Of a DNA stretch of 64,000 nucleotides, positions 1-11,724 are shown in pieces (the first letter of the stretch is position 1; the number at the start of each line of letters is the position of its first letter). The position numbers were made by a program, and so were the translations under genes. The notes below the pieces were generated by a model. That model was not told the DNA's origin, searched no databases, and was given only the letters and a program-made list of their open reading frames with translations. The stretch lies in NCBI GenBank assembly GCA_002269645.1, contig NIVC01001924.1, positions 62,001-126,000 of the forward strand, given 5' to 3'. This DNA comes from Macrostomum lignano. Its lineage: Eukaryota.

Positions 1-356
1 CAAAACAACAAACAAGAATGTTTTTCAATTAAATTGCTTTAATTTGCAGTGCACATGTATACGTTCGCTAGTTCTACATGTTACATTTCCTTAGCAGATC
101 ACAACGCTACTATAAAGAAAAAGTAAAGAAAATAAGGTTACAAGTATGTCACTACTATAACTCGTGTTTATTAGAACGCGGCTTCCCTTCTACATGTTGC
201 AGTTATAAGAAGTAAATATACACAACTTGATTAATCTTTTTTGGCTCTTTTTGTTTTGGCGAAAAAACAAAAGTCCAGCTCAGTGCCAGCGCAGGCCGTC
301 TATAGAAAAGAATTGAACGAAAGACAGATGAAAACATCTACATTATTCGTTGTTCT

Positions 357-1847
357 TCAAATCTCAGAAACCCTTTTTGCAGCCACAGCAGCCACCGCCT
401 CTTTCAGCGCTTCGTCCGATAGCAGCCGCCAGTCGCCGCAGTCCAGCAGCCAACGGCAAGCGGTGATGTGCCCGACCGACAGAAGCGGCAGCAGCCGCGC
501 CGCCTCCACAGCGTCTGCTGGACAGCGGGCCGTCAGCGCGTCGCTAAACGCCTCCGCCATCGCTGCCGTCTCCAAGGACGCCCCCAGCGAGTCCCCGCGG
601 AGGTCGGCATCCCATCCGGTCACCGCGGCCGGGCCCTCTCTGATGCAGCTCGCCGCCGCGCAGTCGTTGCCGACGTCGAGTCGCGACTGCCAGCCGTCGT
701 CGTCACCCGCGTCGTCGTCGTCGGCGTGGAGGGCACGGAGCTGCCCGGTGCGCCGCAGCCACCGCGCCACGCGCCAAGCGCCGCTGCGCACAACGTCGGC
801 CGCGTCAACGTCGCAGGCGGCCTCCCGCGGTAGCCGCAGCTCCACCGCTAACAGCGACAGCAGGCGAACCGCAGCGAGCGAGTCCAACCGAGCCGCTGCC
901 TGCACCGGCGTCCGCCAGCCGCCGTCCGGCATCGTCAGGGCGGCCCGCAGCCCCGACACCGACGCCCTGCCGTCTCGCAGCAGCCGCAGTAGCCGGGCGA
1001 CCACCGCCGCAGCCACCGACGGCTCGGCGGCAGCGCAGTAGTGCAGCAGGTTGCGTCCTCCGCTGTCGTAGTGCCGGTGCGCCTGCGACGGATCCAGCGA
1101 CAGCAGCCGCTCGGCGAGGTCGGCGCGGCCTCTCAGAACCGACAGCATCAGCGCCGACTGCAGGGCGCCGTTCCGCAGCTCCGTCACGGGGAGGCGGAGC
1201 CGCTCGCTCGGGATGGGGTGCCGCGAGTCAGCTGTTTCCATGGCAACCGGTGTTGATGAGGCTGTTTCCATTGCAACCGGTTCTGCTGAGGCTGTTTCCA
1301 TAGCAACCGGTTCTGCTGAGGCTGTTTCCATTTCAACCGGTTCTGCTGAGGCTGTTTCCATAGCAACCGGGTCTTCTGTTGCTGTTTCCTTAGCTACCCG
1401 ATCTGTTGGCGTCGTTTCATTAATAGCATTCGAAGCCGGATCTGTTGTTGCTGTTTTCGTGGCAACCAAATGATGTGTTGATTCTGTTTTCATGACAATT
1501 GGCTGTGTTGTTGCTGTTTCCTCAGCAACCGGATTTCTTACAAAAGTTTCCATGGCAACGAAGCCTTTAGACATTGTTTCCCCTGCAACTGGGACTGTTG
1601 AAATGGAATTCACGGGGGCAGCTTCCATTTGAAGTGACACAAATCGTTTAGACTTGAGACGTGGCGTAGCATTTGATGCGCTCGAAGACTTTCTCTTCGA
1701 TCTGATTGCATTGTTGCTTTGCTGCTGTTGCTGAAAGTCAGAAGCTTTCGAAGCACCTTCGGTGGTTAGTCGATGCTGAATCCTGAGTGCTCGAGTTTTC
1801 TTCAACTCTGCAACATCGTCGATGACCTTGCGTACTCCGACTCCCAT
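357..1847 (-). CDS. Ankyrin-repeat protein with a low-complexity N-terminus containing (E/D)PVAMETA repeats
   Basis: ORF 357..1958 begins at a TTG; the first ATG is at 1847 (MGVGVRK). Three ankyrin-like repeats: LQSALMLSVLRGRADLAERLL, GGRNLLHYCAA, GWRTPVQAAARLDSLAAVRLL. GC-rich codon use in the 3' half. Could be the last exon of a longer gene. Confidence 0.72.
   Translation of the reverse strand: MGVGVRKVIDDVAELKKTRALRIQHRLTTEGASKASDFQQQQQSNNAIRSKRKSSSASNATPRLKSKRFVSLQMEAAPVNSISTVPVAGETMSKGFVAMETFVRNPVAEETATTQPIVMKTESTHHLVATKTATTDPASNAINETTPTDRVAKETATEDPVAMETASAEPVEMETASAEPVAMETASAEPVAMETASSTPVAMETADSRHPIPSERLRLPVTELRNGALQSALMLSVLRGRADLAERLLSLDPSQAHRHYDSGGRNLLHYCAAAEPSVAAAVVARLLRLLRDGRASVSGLRAALTMPDGGWRTPVQAAARLDSLAAVRLLSLLAVELRLPREAACDVDAADVVRSGAWRVARWLRRTGQLRALHADDDDAGDDDGWQSRLDVGNDCAAASCIREGPAAVTGWDADLRGDSLGASLETAAMAEAFSDALTARCPADAVEAARLLPLLSVGHITACRWLLDCGDWRLLSDEALKEAVAAVAAKRVSEI
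1234..1589. promoter_or_regulatory. Tandem array of about 12 RFX X-box-like 14-mers at roughly 30-bp spacing, inside the ankyrin CDS
   Basis: GTTTCCATGGCAAC at 1234 and 1546; GTTTCCATAGCAAC at 1294 and 1354; near matches at 1264, 1324, 1384, 1453, 1516 and 1576. The first four fit the RFX/DAF-19 consensus RTHNYY-WT-RRNRAC. Binding is inferred only. Confidence 0.5.
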
Positions 1848-2455
1848 GCTTGTTTCAGAATGAACACTAGCAATTTTATCAGTGTCTTCGTTTAAGGAGT
1901 GCTGTTGCGTTCTTTTGACGCAAGTATTTATACATTCAAGGTCGATGTAATAATGCAAAAAGAAAGAATCCAGTTTAGTCAGCAGCCATGCAGTTTAGAA
2001 AAATTTTTGCCACGGAATTTCCGTGGCTATTTTCTGTCTAATTTTTTGAACGCGCACAACTACGAGTACGTTAATTTGCGTATGAGTGTCGTTTGATACT
2101 CGCGGACATGTATGCTATTTTTAGCTGCTGTATATTATTGCAGGGAATCCATCTTTAGACCTGCAAAACGGCTAACTAATGTGTTGCGAGCACTGAGTGA
2201 TAGCTCGCACTAAATTGCACCTAATTTTGGGGGTCAATAAGTTTTTTTAAAATTTTATTACAGACACAACTAATTGCGAAATAATGTAGTTTGAAGAAAA
2301 ATTTACCTAATTGATATAATCATTTATATTCCACTTACATTCAGGAAATCACCTAGTTAGTTGCATATAGATGCTTGTACACGAAGGTGAATAATAATTT
2401 GTGCCCGCAAAATATTCTACACGAAAAATCTCAAGGCAATCTCAATAAATCAATT

Positions 2456-5400
2456 GACTTCAGAAGTCAGTGCCAACCATCCAGTGACTTCACATGTCAG
2501 TGCCAACCATCCAGTGACTTCACAAGTCAGTGGCAACCATCCAGTGAATTCACAAGTCAGTGCCAACCATCCAGTGACTTCACAAGTCAGTGGCAACCAT
2601 CCAGTGAATTCACAAGTCAGTGCCAACCATCCAGTGAATTCACAAGTCAGTGCCAACCATCCAGTGACTTCACATATCAGTGCCAACCATCCAGTGACTT
2701 CACAAGTCAGTGGCAATCATCAAGTGAATTCACAAGTCAGTGCCAACCATCCAGTGACTTCACATATCAGTGCCAACCATCCAGTGACTTCACAAGTCAG
2801 TGGCAATCATCAAGTGAATTCACAAGTCAGTGCCAACCATCCAGTGACTTCACATGTCAGTGCCAACCATCCAGTGACTTCACAAGTCAGTGGCAACCAT
2901 CCAGTGAATTCACAAGTCAGTGCCAACCATCCAGTGACTTCACAAGTCAGTGCCAACCATCCAGTGACTTCACAAGTCAGTGCCAATCATCAAGTGAATT
3001 CACAAGTCAGTGCCAACCATCCAGTGACTTCACAAGTCAGTGCCAACCATCCAGTGACTTCACAAGTCAGTGCCAACCATCCAGTGAATTCACAAGTCAG
3101 TGCCAACCATCCAGTGAATTCACAAGTCAGTGCCAACCATCCAGTGACTTCACAAGTCAGTGCCAACCATCCAGTGACTTCACAAGTCAGTGGCAATCAT
3201 CAAGTGAATTCACAAGTCAGTGCCAACCATCCAGTGAATTCACAAGTCAGTGCCAACCATCCAGTGACTTCACAAGTCAGTGCCAACCATCCAGTGACTT
3301 CACATATCAGTGCCAACCATCCAGTGACTTCACAAGTCAGTGCCAACCATCCAGTGACTTCACATATCAGTGCCAACCATCCAGTGACTTCACAAGTCAG
3401 TGCCAACCATCCAGTGACTTCACATATCAGTGCCAACCATCCAGTGACTTCACAAGTCAGTGCCAACCATCCAGTGAATTCACAAGTCAGTGGCAATCAT
3501 CAAGTGAATTCACAAGTCAGTGGCAATCATCCAGTGAATTCACAAGTCAGTGCCAATCATCCAGTGAATTCACAAGTCAGTGGCAATCATCAAGTGAATT
3601 CACAAGTCAGTGCCAACCATCCAGTGAATTCACAAGTCAGTGCCAACCATCCAGTGACTTCACAAGTCAGTGCCAACCATCCAGTGACTTCACATATCAG
3701 TGCCAACCATCCAGTGACTTCACAAGTCAGTGGCAACCATCCAGTGACTTCACAAGTCAGTGCCAACCATCCAGTGAATTCACAAGTCAGTGCCAACCAT
3801 CCAGTGACTTCACAAGTCAGTGGCAATCATCAAGTGAATTCACAAGTCAGTGCCAACCATCCAGTGACTTCACAAGTCAGTGCCAACCATCCAGTGAATT
3901 CACAAGTCAGTGCCAACCATCCAGTGACTTCACAAGTCAGTGGCAATCATCAAGTGAATTCACAAGTCAGTGCCAACCATCCAGTGAATTCACAAGTCAG
4001 TGCCAACCATCCAGTGACTTCACATATCAGTGCCAACCATCCAGTGAATTCACAAGTCAGTGCCAACCATCCAGTGAATTCACAAGTCAGTGCCAACCAT
4101 CCAGTGACTTCACATATCAGTGCCAACCATCCAGTGACTTCACAAGTCAGTGGCAATCATCAAGTGAATTCACAAGTCAGTGCCAATCATCAAGTGAATT
4201 CACAAGTCAGTGCCAACCATCCAGTGACTTCACAAGTCAGTGCCAACCATCCAGTGACTTCACATGTCAGTGCCAACCATCCAGTGAATTCACAAGTCAG
4301 TGCCAACCATCCAGTGACTTCACATATCAGTGCCAACCATCCAGTGACTTCACAAGTCAGTGGCAATCATCAAGTGAATTCACAAGTCAGTGCCAACCAT
4401 CCAGTGACTTCACAAGTCAGTGCCAACCATCCAGTGAATTCACAAGTCAGTGCCAACCATCCAGTGAATTCACAAGTCAGTGCCAACCATCCAGTGACTT
4501 CACATATCAGTGCCAACCATCCAGTGACTTCACAAGTCAGTGGCAATCATCAAGTGAATTCACAAGTCAGTGGCAATCATCAAGTGACTTCACAAGTCAG
4601 TGGCAATCATCAAGTGACTTCACAAGTCAGTGCCAATCATCCAGTGACTTCACAAGTCAGTGGCAATCATCAAGTGAATTCACAAGTCAGTGCCAATCAT
4701 CCAGTGACTTCACAAGTCAGTGGCAATCATCAAGTGAATTCACAAGTCAGTGCCAACCATCCAGTGACTTCACAAGTCAGTGCCAACCATCCAGTGACTT
4801 CACAAGTCAGTGCCAACCATCCAGTGACTTCACATATCAGTGCCAACCATCCAGTGAATTCACATGTCAGTGCCAACCATCCAGTGACTTCACAAGTCAG
4901 TGGCAATCATCAAGTGAATTCACAAGTCAGTGCCAACCATCCAGTGACTTCACAAGTCAGTGCCAACCATCCAGTGACTTCACAAGTCAGTGGCAATCAT
5001 CAAGTGAATTCACAAGTCAGTGCCAACCATCCAGTGACTTCACAAGTCAGTGCCAACCATCCAGTGACTTCACAAGTCAGTGCCAACCATCCAGTGAATT
5101 CACAAGTCAGTGCCAACCATCCAGTGACTTCACAAGTCAGTGCCAACCATCCAGTGACTTCACATGTCAGTGCCAACCATCCAGTGACTTCACATATCAG
5201 TGCCAACCATCCAGTGACTTCACAAGTCAGTGCCAACCATCCAGTGAATTCACAAGTCAGTGCCAATCATCAAGTGAATTCACAAGTCAGTGCCAATCAT
5301 CCAGTGAATTCACAAGTCAGTGCCAACCATCCAGTGACTTCACAAGTCAGTGCCAACCATCCAGTGACTTCACAAGTCAGTGCCAACCATCCAGTGAATT

Positions 5401-7082
5401 CACAAGTCAGTGGCAATCATCAAGTGAATTCACAAGTCAGTGCCAACCATCCAGTGACTTCACAAGTCAGTGCCAACCATCCAGTGACTTCACAAGTCAG
5501 TGGCAATCATCAAGTGACTTCACAAGTCAGTGGCAATCATCAAGTGACTTCACAAGTCAGTGCCAACCATCCAGTGACTTCACATATCAGTGCCAACCAT
5601 CCAGTGACTTCACAAGTCAGTGGCAATCATCAAGTGACTTCACAAGTCAGTGCCAACCATCCAGTGACTTCACAAGTCAGTGCCAACCATCCAGTGACTT
5701 CACAAGTCAGTGCCAACCATCCAGTGACTTCACAAGTCAGTGCCAACCATCCAGTGAATTCACAAGTCAGTGGCAATCATCAAGTGAATTCACAAGTCAG
5801 TGCCAACCATCCAGTGAATTCACAAGTCAGTGGCAATCATCAAGTGAATTCACAAGTCAGTGGCAATCATCAAGTGAATTCACAAGTCAGTGCCAACCAT
5901 CCAGTGACTTCACATATCAGTGCCAACCATCCAGTGACTTCACAAGTCAGTGGCAATCATCAAGTGAATTCACAAGTCAGTGCCAACCATCCAGTGACTT
6001 CACAAGTCAGTGGCAATCATCAAGTGAATTCACAAGTCAGTGCCAACCATCCAGTGACTTCACAAGTCAGTGCCAACCATCCAGTGACTTCACAAGTCAG
6101 TGCCAACCATCCAGTGACTTCACATATCAGTGCCAACCATCCAGTGACTTCACATATCAGTGCCAACCATCCAGTGACTTCACATATCAGTGCCAACCAT
6201 CCAGTGACTTCACAAGTCAGTGCCAACCATCCAGTGACTTCACAAGTCAGTGCCAACCATCCAGTGACTTCACAAGTCAGTGGCAATCATCAAGTGAATT
6301 CACAAGTCAGTGCCAACCATCCAGTGACTTCACAAGTCAGTGGCAATCATCAAGTGAATTCACAAGTCAGTGCCAACCATCCAGTGAATTCACAAGTCAG
6401 TGGCAATCATCAAGTGAATTCACAAGTCAGTGCCAACCATCCAGTGAATTCACAAGTCAGTGGCAATCATCCAGTGAATTCACAAGTCAGTGCCAACCAT
6501 CCAGTGAATTCACAAGTCAGTGGCAACCATCCAGTGAATTCACAAGTCAGTGGCAATTATCCAGTGACTTCACAAGTCAGTGCCAACCATCCAGTGACTT
6601 CACAAGTCAGTGCCAACCATCCAGTGACTTCACAAGTCAGTGGCAACCATCCAGTGAATTCACAAGTCAGTGGCAATCATCAAGTGAATTCACAAGTCAG
6701 TGGCAATCATCCAGTGACTTCACATATCAGTGCCAACCATCCAGTGACTTCACAAGTCAGTGCCAACCATCCAGTGAATTCACAAGTCAGTGGCAATCAT
6801 CCAGTGAATTCACAAGTCAGTGGCAATCATCCAGTGAATTCACAAGTCAGTGCCAACCATCCAGTGAATTCACAAGTCAGTGGCAATCATCAAGTGAATT
6901 CACAAGTCAGTGGCAATCATCAAGTGAATTCACAAGTCAGTGGCAATTATCCAGTGACTTTCAAGTCAGTGGCAATTATCCAGTGACTTTCAAGTCAGTG
7001 CCAATCATCCAGTGACTTCACAAGTCAGTGGCAATTGTCAAGTGACTTTTCAAGTCAGTGCCAATCATCCAGTGACTTTTCA
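2456..7082. repeat. 30-bp tandem satellite, about 154 units, consensus CACAAGTCAGTGCCAACCATCCAGTGACTT
   Basis: Exact 30-bp periodicity with a few biallelic positions. The last units (after about 6960) lose 1-2 bp. Confidence 0.98.
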
Positions 7083-7089
7083 GATCACT

Positions 7090-7500
7090 GAAATCTACTA
7101 TAAAAGGCTGGATGAACTTTGGCGTCTCACAGCTGCGTTGGTTTGAAGAATCGCCTCAAGGTCGCAAAGGCCGTCACATGGGCGACGCTGCTCTATGAGT
7201 GCGAGAGCTGGACTCTGGGGAAGAAAAGTATGGAGACACTCAAAGCGTTTGAAATGAAATGTTACAGAATAATGCTAAGGGTTTCATGGAAAGAGAAAAA
7301 GACAATGCCTGGGTTTGGAGAAAAGTGAAGGAGGTTTTGGTAAAGGAACCAGAATCTGTGGTGGAGATCATTAAGCGGAGAAACTTCAAATATTAACGGA
7401 CATCGGAGGAGATTTGAGGAATATTCGAGGAAGGAAGCCATGGCAAATGTCTGCACTTCTCAATGAGAAATGGAAGGTGAAAGAAGAAGAAGAAGGCATC
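7090..7500 (+). mobile_element. Degraded 3' fragment of an RTE-type non-LTR retrotransposon
   Basis: Translation KAVTWATLLYECESWTL..ETLKAFEMKCYRIMLRVSWKEK resembles the post-RT region of RTE/BovB-like ORFs. Frameshifts follow. Confidence 0.7.
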
Positions 7501-7748
7501 GACCGCCCGAAAAGCATGTCCTGCATGGCGTCTGATAATGACTGTCTGCTGACAGATGCTGATTGAGGGGCTATTGAACGCTCAATAACTCACATGGCAA
7601 CAAGATAAAAAATTGTTGCCAAGCGTCTAAAATATCGCTTCCAATCAGCCGAAGAAGTCCACAGTCGGCGGCCAACGGTTAAGCGCGGAGGTCATTAGCA
7701 AGCAAGACCTGGATCAGGAGTCCATCGCAGATGACGGTAAATCCAGCC

Positions 7749-8126
7749 ATTTTTTTATTAGAGGCAGGGGGGTTGTGTGCACCCTGGCGCACTTTAAGCG
7801 ACATGGGCACACAACCGGCGAGAGGCATTACTGCCCATTCCGCCGACTCCCCTGAGCAGGCATACAAGCGCGCGGATACGTACGCAGTCATACGTACAGG
7901 CACACACTCACACAGGAGTGTACAGCGGCCCTGGCCTAAATTTATTTTATCGTTAGGCATGTACACTTCACTGCGCCTTGGGGGGTTGGCTGTCAAGGCC
8001 GTTAATTGCACGAGCAGAGCCAAGCCGAGATTCCAATTCAGCCCCAAATTAATGTGACTGCACTTGGAATCGAGCCTGGGTCGCTGGCACACCAGAGCAG
8101 CTGCGCTACCGCTGGGCTACGGCCCC
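7749..8126 (-). mobile_element. tRNA-derived SINE, family A, full length (about 375 bp)
   Basis: Minus strand starts GGGGCCGTAGCCCAGCGG (A box) then GGCTCGATTCC (B box) and ends CTAATAAAAAAA. Flanks GGCTGGCTTTA / GGCTGGATTTA look like an 11-bp TSD with one mismatch. Second copy at 21447-21725. Confidence 0.8.
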
Positions 8127-9105
8127 CCTAAAGCCAGCCTAGCTATAGCCAGCCTCTCGCCTATTTATCGAAGACCAAAGTGGCTGAATGAGGACACCAA
8201 AAAGAAAAAAAACGGCCAACTCCAAAAGTCCGACACCTGCGTGCAAAAAGAGGCTACAGAGACTTCGTCGCTATAGCAGGCACGAGGCAAAGGTTCTTCA
8301 ATCAAAGCCTGCTGCCCTACCAGCAAAAGCCGGGTTGCGTGTGACGTACGTCAGCTGGAGAAAACTGGAAGATTTCGTCAAGCACTGGTTCCGAAGCTCG
8401 TCTTCCCACAGCGAATCTGTCGCGAAAAATCGGATATACGAGCTATTTTCAAAATCTTCGTTTCATCAAATCAATGTCTTCAATCGAACAAGATTTTTAG
8501 CTATATTATCAGAACTGAAAACTCTATAGAGCCAAAATGAACTTTTATCTGCTACAAAAAAAGATATAGTCTCTGTAGGACAAACTTTATCGAATAAATA
8601 AACAACGCACTTTGTTATAATGACAATTCAATTTAAAAAAATTATTTTAAATCGTTTAAATCGGCAGGGGCCAAATCAGGTGAGTAGGGTGGATGCGGCA
8701 CCACCGGAATGCCTCTTCTGGCAAAAAGCTCCCTGGTATGGGCATTTTGTCAATTGAATACCATGTAATGTACAAAGTGCTTAGAGTGTGAATAATTAAA
8801 AATATACTTTTGTTAGTGTTAATCATGATTAAGTACTTCAATTCTACAACATTATCTGATAGTGACGTTTAGAAATTTCTATAAAAGGAAAAGAAAAGAA
8901 ATTTTCAACAAAAACCTGCTGCAGCGACATGCAGCGATGATATAATTCAATATCGAAAAGAGCTCGAGAAAAAAAAATAGTAGGAATAAAAGCGACCTGC
9001 ACTACTGGTAAAGATCAGGCGAGTAGAAAGCTGCGTACATACCGGGGGAAATTCTGGTGCCAGCTGCTGTTTGTGGACTTGACTTCTTTTTACACACACA
9101 CAGAG

Positions 9106-10533
9106 TTAGTGAGAACTGTTCCAGTGTTGTACAGGTGACAGTAGACGCCGCCTGAAGAAAATGTTGGGGTAGTGCTGGTACACTCCGTTCAGATTTATAA
9201 ACGTGCAATACCCAAACCACCATCCAGCTGAGTACTGATGAGAGCAGCTGCCAGAACCGAAGCCGTCATTGTCGGAGTCCAGAGTGCTGAATTGCTTGTT
9301 GTTCGGAGACAATTGCAGCTCAGTCCGCTGTCCGAGACGCTCGACCTGCTGGCGTCCAGAGGTCCCATCGAGCACCTGTACTTGTCGCTCGCTGGGCCAA
9401 CAGAGAACGGAGCATTCTCAGCCCAGTACCAGGTGCCGTTCCAGTCGCTGAAATCCCAGTGGACTCTCCACACTCCTGGTGTCGGTGAGCTGGTGGAGCT
9501 GCTCCAGTCCCATCCGGTAGTTGAGACTTTCGCCCTGACCGAATCCGCTCGCGTAGTCCGCCCAGTTCCGGTTGAAGCTGACAGAGCCGTCGACTCTGTG
9601 CTGGAAGGTCGTCCAGCACTTCACACCGGTTTTTTCATCTGCAATGGGCGATGGAATACGGCATTTTACATTTCGTGTACGCATATTGATGCGGTGCTGC
9701 ATTTTCATGCACGCATATTGATGCGGTGCTGCATTTCGTGCACGCATATTGATGCGGTGCTGCATTTTCATGCACGCATATTGATGCGGTGCTGCATTTC
9801 GTGCACGCATATTGATGCGGTGCTGCATTTCGTGCACGCATATTGATGCGGTGCTGCATTTGGTGCACGCATATTGATGCGGTGCTGCATTTCGTGCACG
9901 CATATTGATGCGGTGCTGCATTTGGTGCACGCATATTGATGCGGTGCTGCATTTCGTGCACGCATATTGATGCGGTGCTGCATTTCGTGCACGCATATTG
10001 ATGCGGTGCTGCATTTGGTGCACGCATATTGATGCGGTGCTGCATTTCGTGCACGCATATTGATGCGGTGCTGCATTTTCATGCACGCATATTGATGCGG
10101 TGCTGCATTTCATGCACGCATATTGATGCGGTGCTGCATTTTCATGCACGCATATTGATGCGGTGCTGCATTTCATGCACGCATATTGATGCGGTGCTGC
10201 ATTTCATGCACGCATATTGATGCGGTGCTGCAAAGTGCAGAAGCCACAAAGCAAAGCCCAGCTCACTCACCCACAGTTGAGGCAGGCTGCGGCGTCCATC
10301 GCTCCCCGATCGCAGGCCAGCAGCGAGCAGGAGCCTGAGGCCGCGTCGAAGCGGACGGCATCCGCGTTCTCAGCAACCATCGTACAGTAAATGTCGCTGA
10401 TGGCCAGCTTCACCGCCAACACCCGGTACTCGGCGAGGTCGCCTCGGTGGCGCTCCCAGCCGGGGTCTGCGGCCACAGCAGTCGCCATGACAGCGCAGAT
10501 GATGAGCAGAGAATGCATGGCGTTACTGGACAA
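9106..10533 (-). pseudogene. Secreted PAN/apple-like + fibrinogen-related domain (FReD) gene, copy 1, frameshifted
   Basis: Exon 1 (10533-10271) has a hydrophobic signal peptide and C..AVRFDAASGSCSLL, with donor GTGAGT. Exon 2 from 9638 gives WTTFQHRVDGSVSFNRNWADYASGFG, QFSTLDSDND and GWWFGYC. The exons are out of phase and exon 2 has at least two further frameshifts. Confidence 0.8.
9668..10231. repeat. 30/31-bp intronic minisatellite, about 19 units (GCACGCATATTGATGCGGTGCTGCATTT-CGT/GGT/TCAT)
   Basis: Direct inspection. Fills the FReD copy-1 intron. Confidence 0.95.
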
Positions 10534-10899
10534 GAAACGTCTTCAGAGTGGTATGAACTTGGAACTGCTTGTTCTTGCGGTTTTCTGCAGCAAAGATAGA
10601 TATGCGTTTTGAGCCTCACGGATAGCACCGTTTTATATCAAAACTGCCCAGTGCCGTGTCGCCTACCAGCATTTTTGAGCGCATTCCGTAATTGACCAAG
10701 ACAGGCAGTTTACCAATCTATTATCTTGAGTAGCTTGCCCCGTTAGGAATCCGGATTTTCAAGATCTGTCAACAGGAATATGAGATACTTCCAGGATCAG
10801 AGAGCAGTTGGCGATTTATTTACTATATTTTTATTACATCATGCGCAACTGAAGCAGAAAGAATCTGCATTCGATTTTTTAAGAAATTAGCTGCATGTT

Positions 10900-11018
10900 G
10901 AGGCCGTTAAGTTAAGTGGCTTGCGCTCAAGGACACAAATTTTTTCAGTAGGATCGGAAATCGAACCCCGACCTTCAAGTCATGAGTTCGACGCTCTAAC
11001 CACTAGGCTACGACCCCC
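10900..11018 (-). mobile_element. tRNA-derived SINE, family B (CORE/Meta-like), 5' part
   Basis: Minus strand: GGGGTCGTAGCCTAGTGGTTAG (A box), GGTTCGATTTCC (B box), then GTGTCCTTGAGCGCAAGCCACTT. Related copies at 12478-12543 and 34545-34718. Confidence 0.8.
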
Positions 11019-11724
11019 TAGCAGTTCTCTGCAGTTGCTAAGGAACTGCGTGCATTAAAGGAATTGATTTTGAATGATTAATTAGAGAAATCAAACGAAC
11101 GAACAGAGACACAAACTCCCCTTGAGCAGCCTTGAGAAATGTCTTGAACGAGTCTAACAGTCTAGATGGAGCTGAGATCAGTCTCCGTTTTGCAAAATCA
11201 GTTTTTTTACGAAAAAAACAAGGACCTAATTGTCTTAGCATACAATATTTTTGATAGAATAAATATATAACGAAGGAGACTTTCTAATTCCAGATTTCAC
11301 ATCCGGAGCACCCTGAACCCCAGACGACAGTTTGGAGCAGTAGTTAATGCCTTTTTGCCAATTAACCAAAGTAAATTTTGATTCAAAGTGGAGGAAGCGG
11401 TTAATAAATTGACTGCAGGTGATACATGAGGTAACGTGTGACCTTAGCCCAGCAGGATATTGTGTATAAACAGCCTTACCGGATCAAAGCAGCTGTTGTT
11501 GCAGTTTATTAAATAGGCCAAAGTTCCTGATGATCCGAGATGTGTTTTTGTTCAATAAATACTGCTGAATAATAAATAAATGAATAGGTAAGCTTCTACA
11601 TGCCAGACAAGCGCAAAATATGAAACATATTTGGAATATGCAAAAAGCACAGTAATGAATCATGCAAAATTGCTGTTTTCTTTACATGAAACTCGATTGC
11701 TTATCTGCCTTAACGATTGCCTCA

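Noticed and set aside
241-1041. Antisense and alternative-frame ORFs overlapping real genes and TEs throughout the window
   Set aside because: Shadow ORFs of GC-rich coding sequence, with no independent motifs.
357-1847. RFXANK/ANKRA2 orthology suggested by ankyrins plus X-boxes
   Set aside because: No recognisable similarity beyond generic ankyrin motifs; probably coincidence.
2375-7015. 1546-aa and 1510-aa ORFs
   Set aside because: By-products of a stop-free 30-bp satellite. Both start at TTG, contain no Met and have no unique domain.
2456-7082. CRISPR-like array (30-bp palindromic repeats)
   Set aside because: No spacers (units abut directly), no cas genes, eukaryotic context.
10940-11018. 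tRNA-Met(CAT)-like gene
   Set aside because: The T-stem cannot form together with the acceptor stem, D and anticodon stems have mismatches, and the sequence runs into a SINE body present in three copies.
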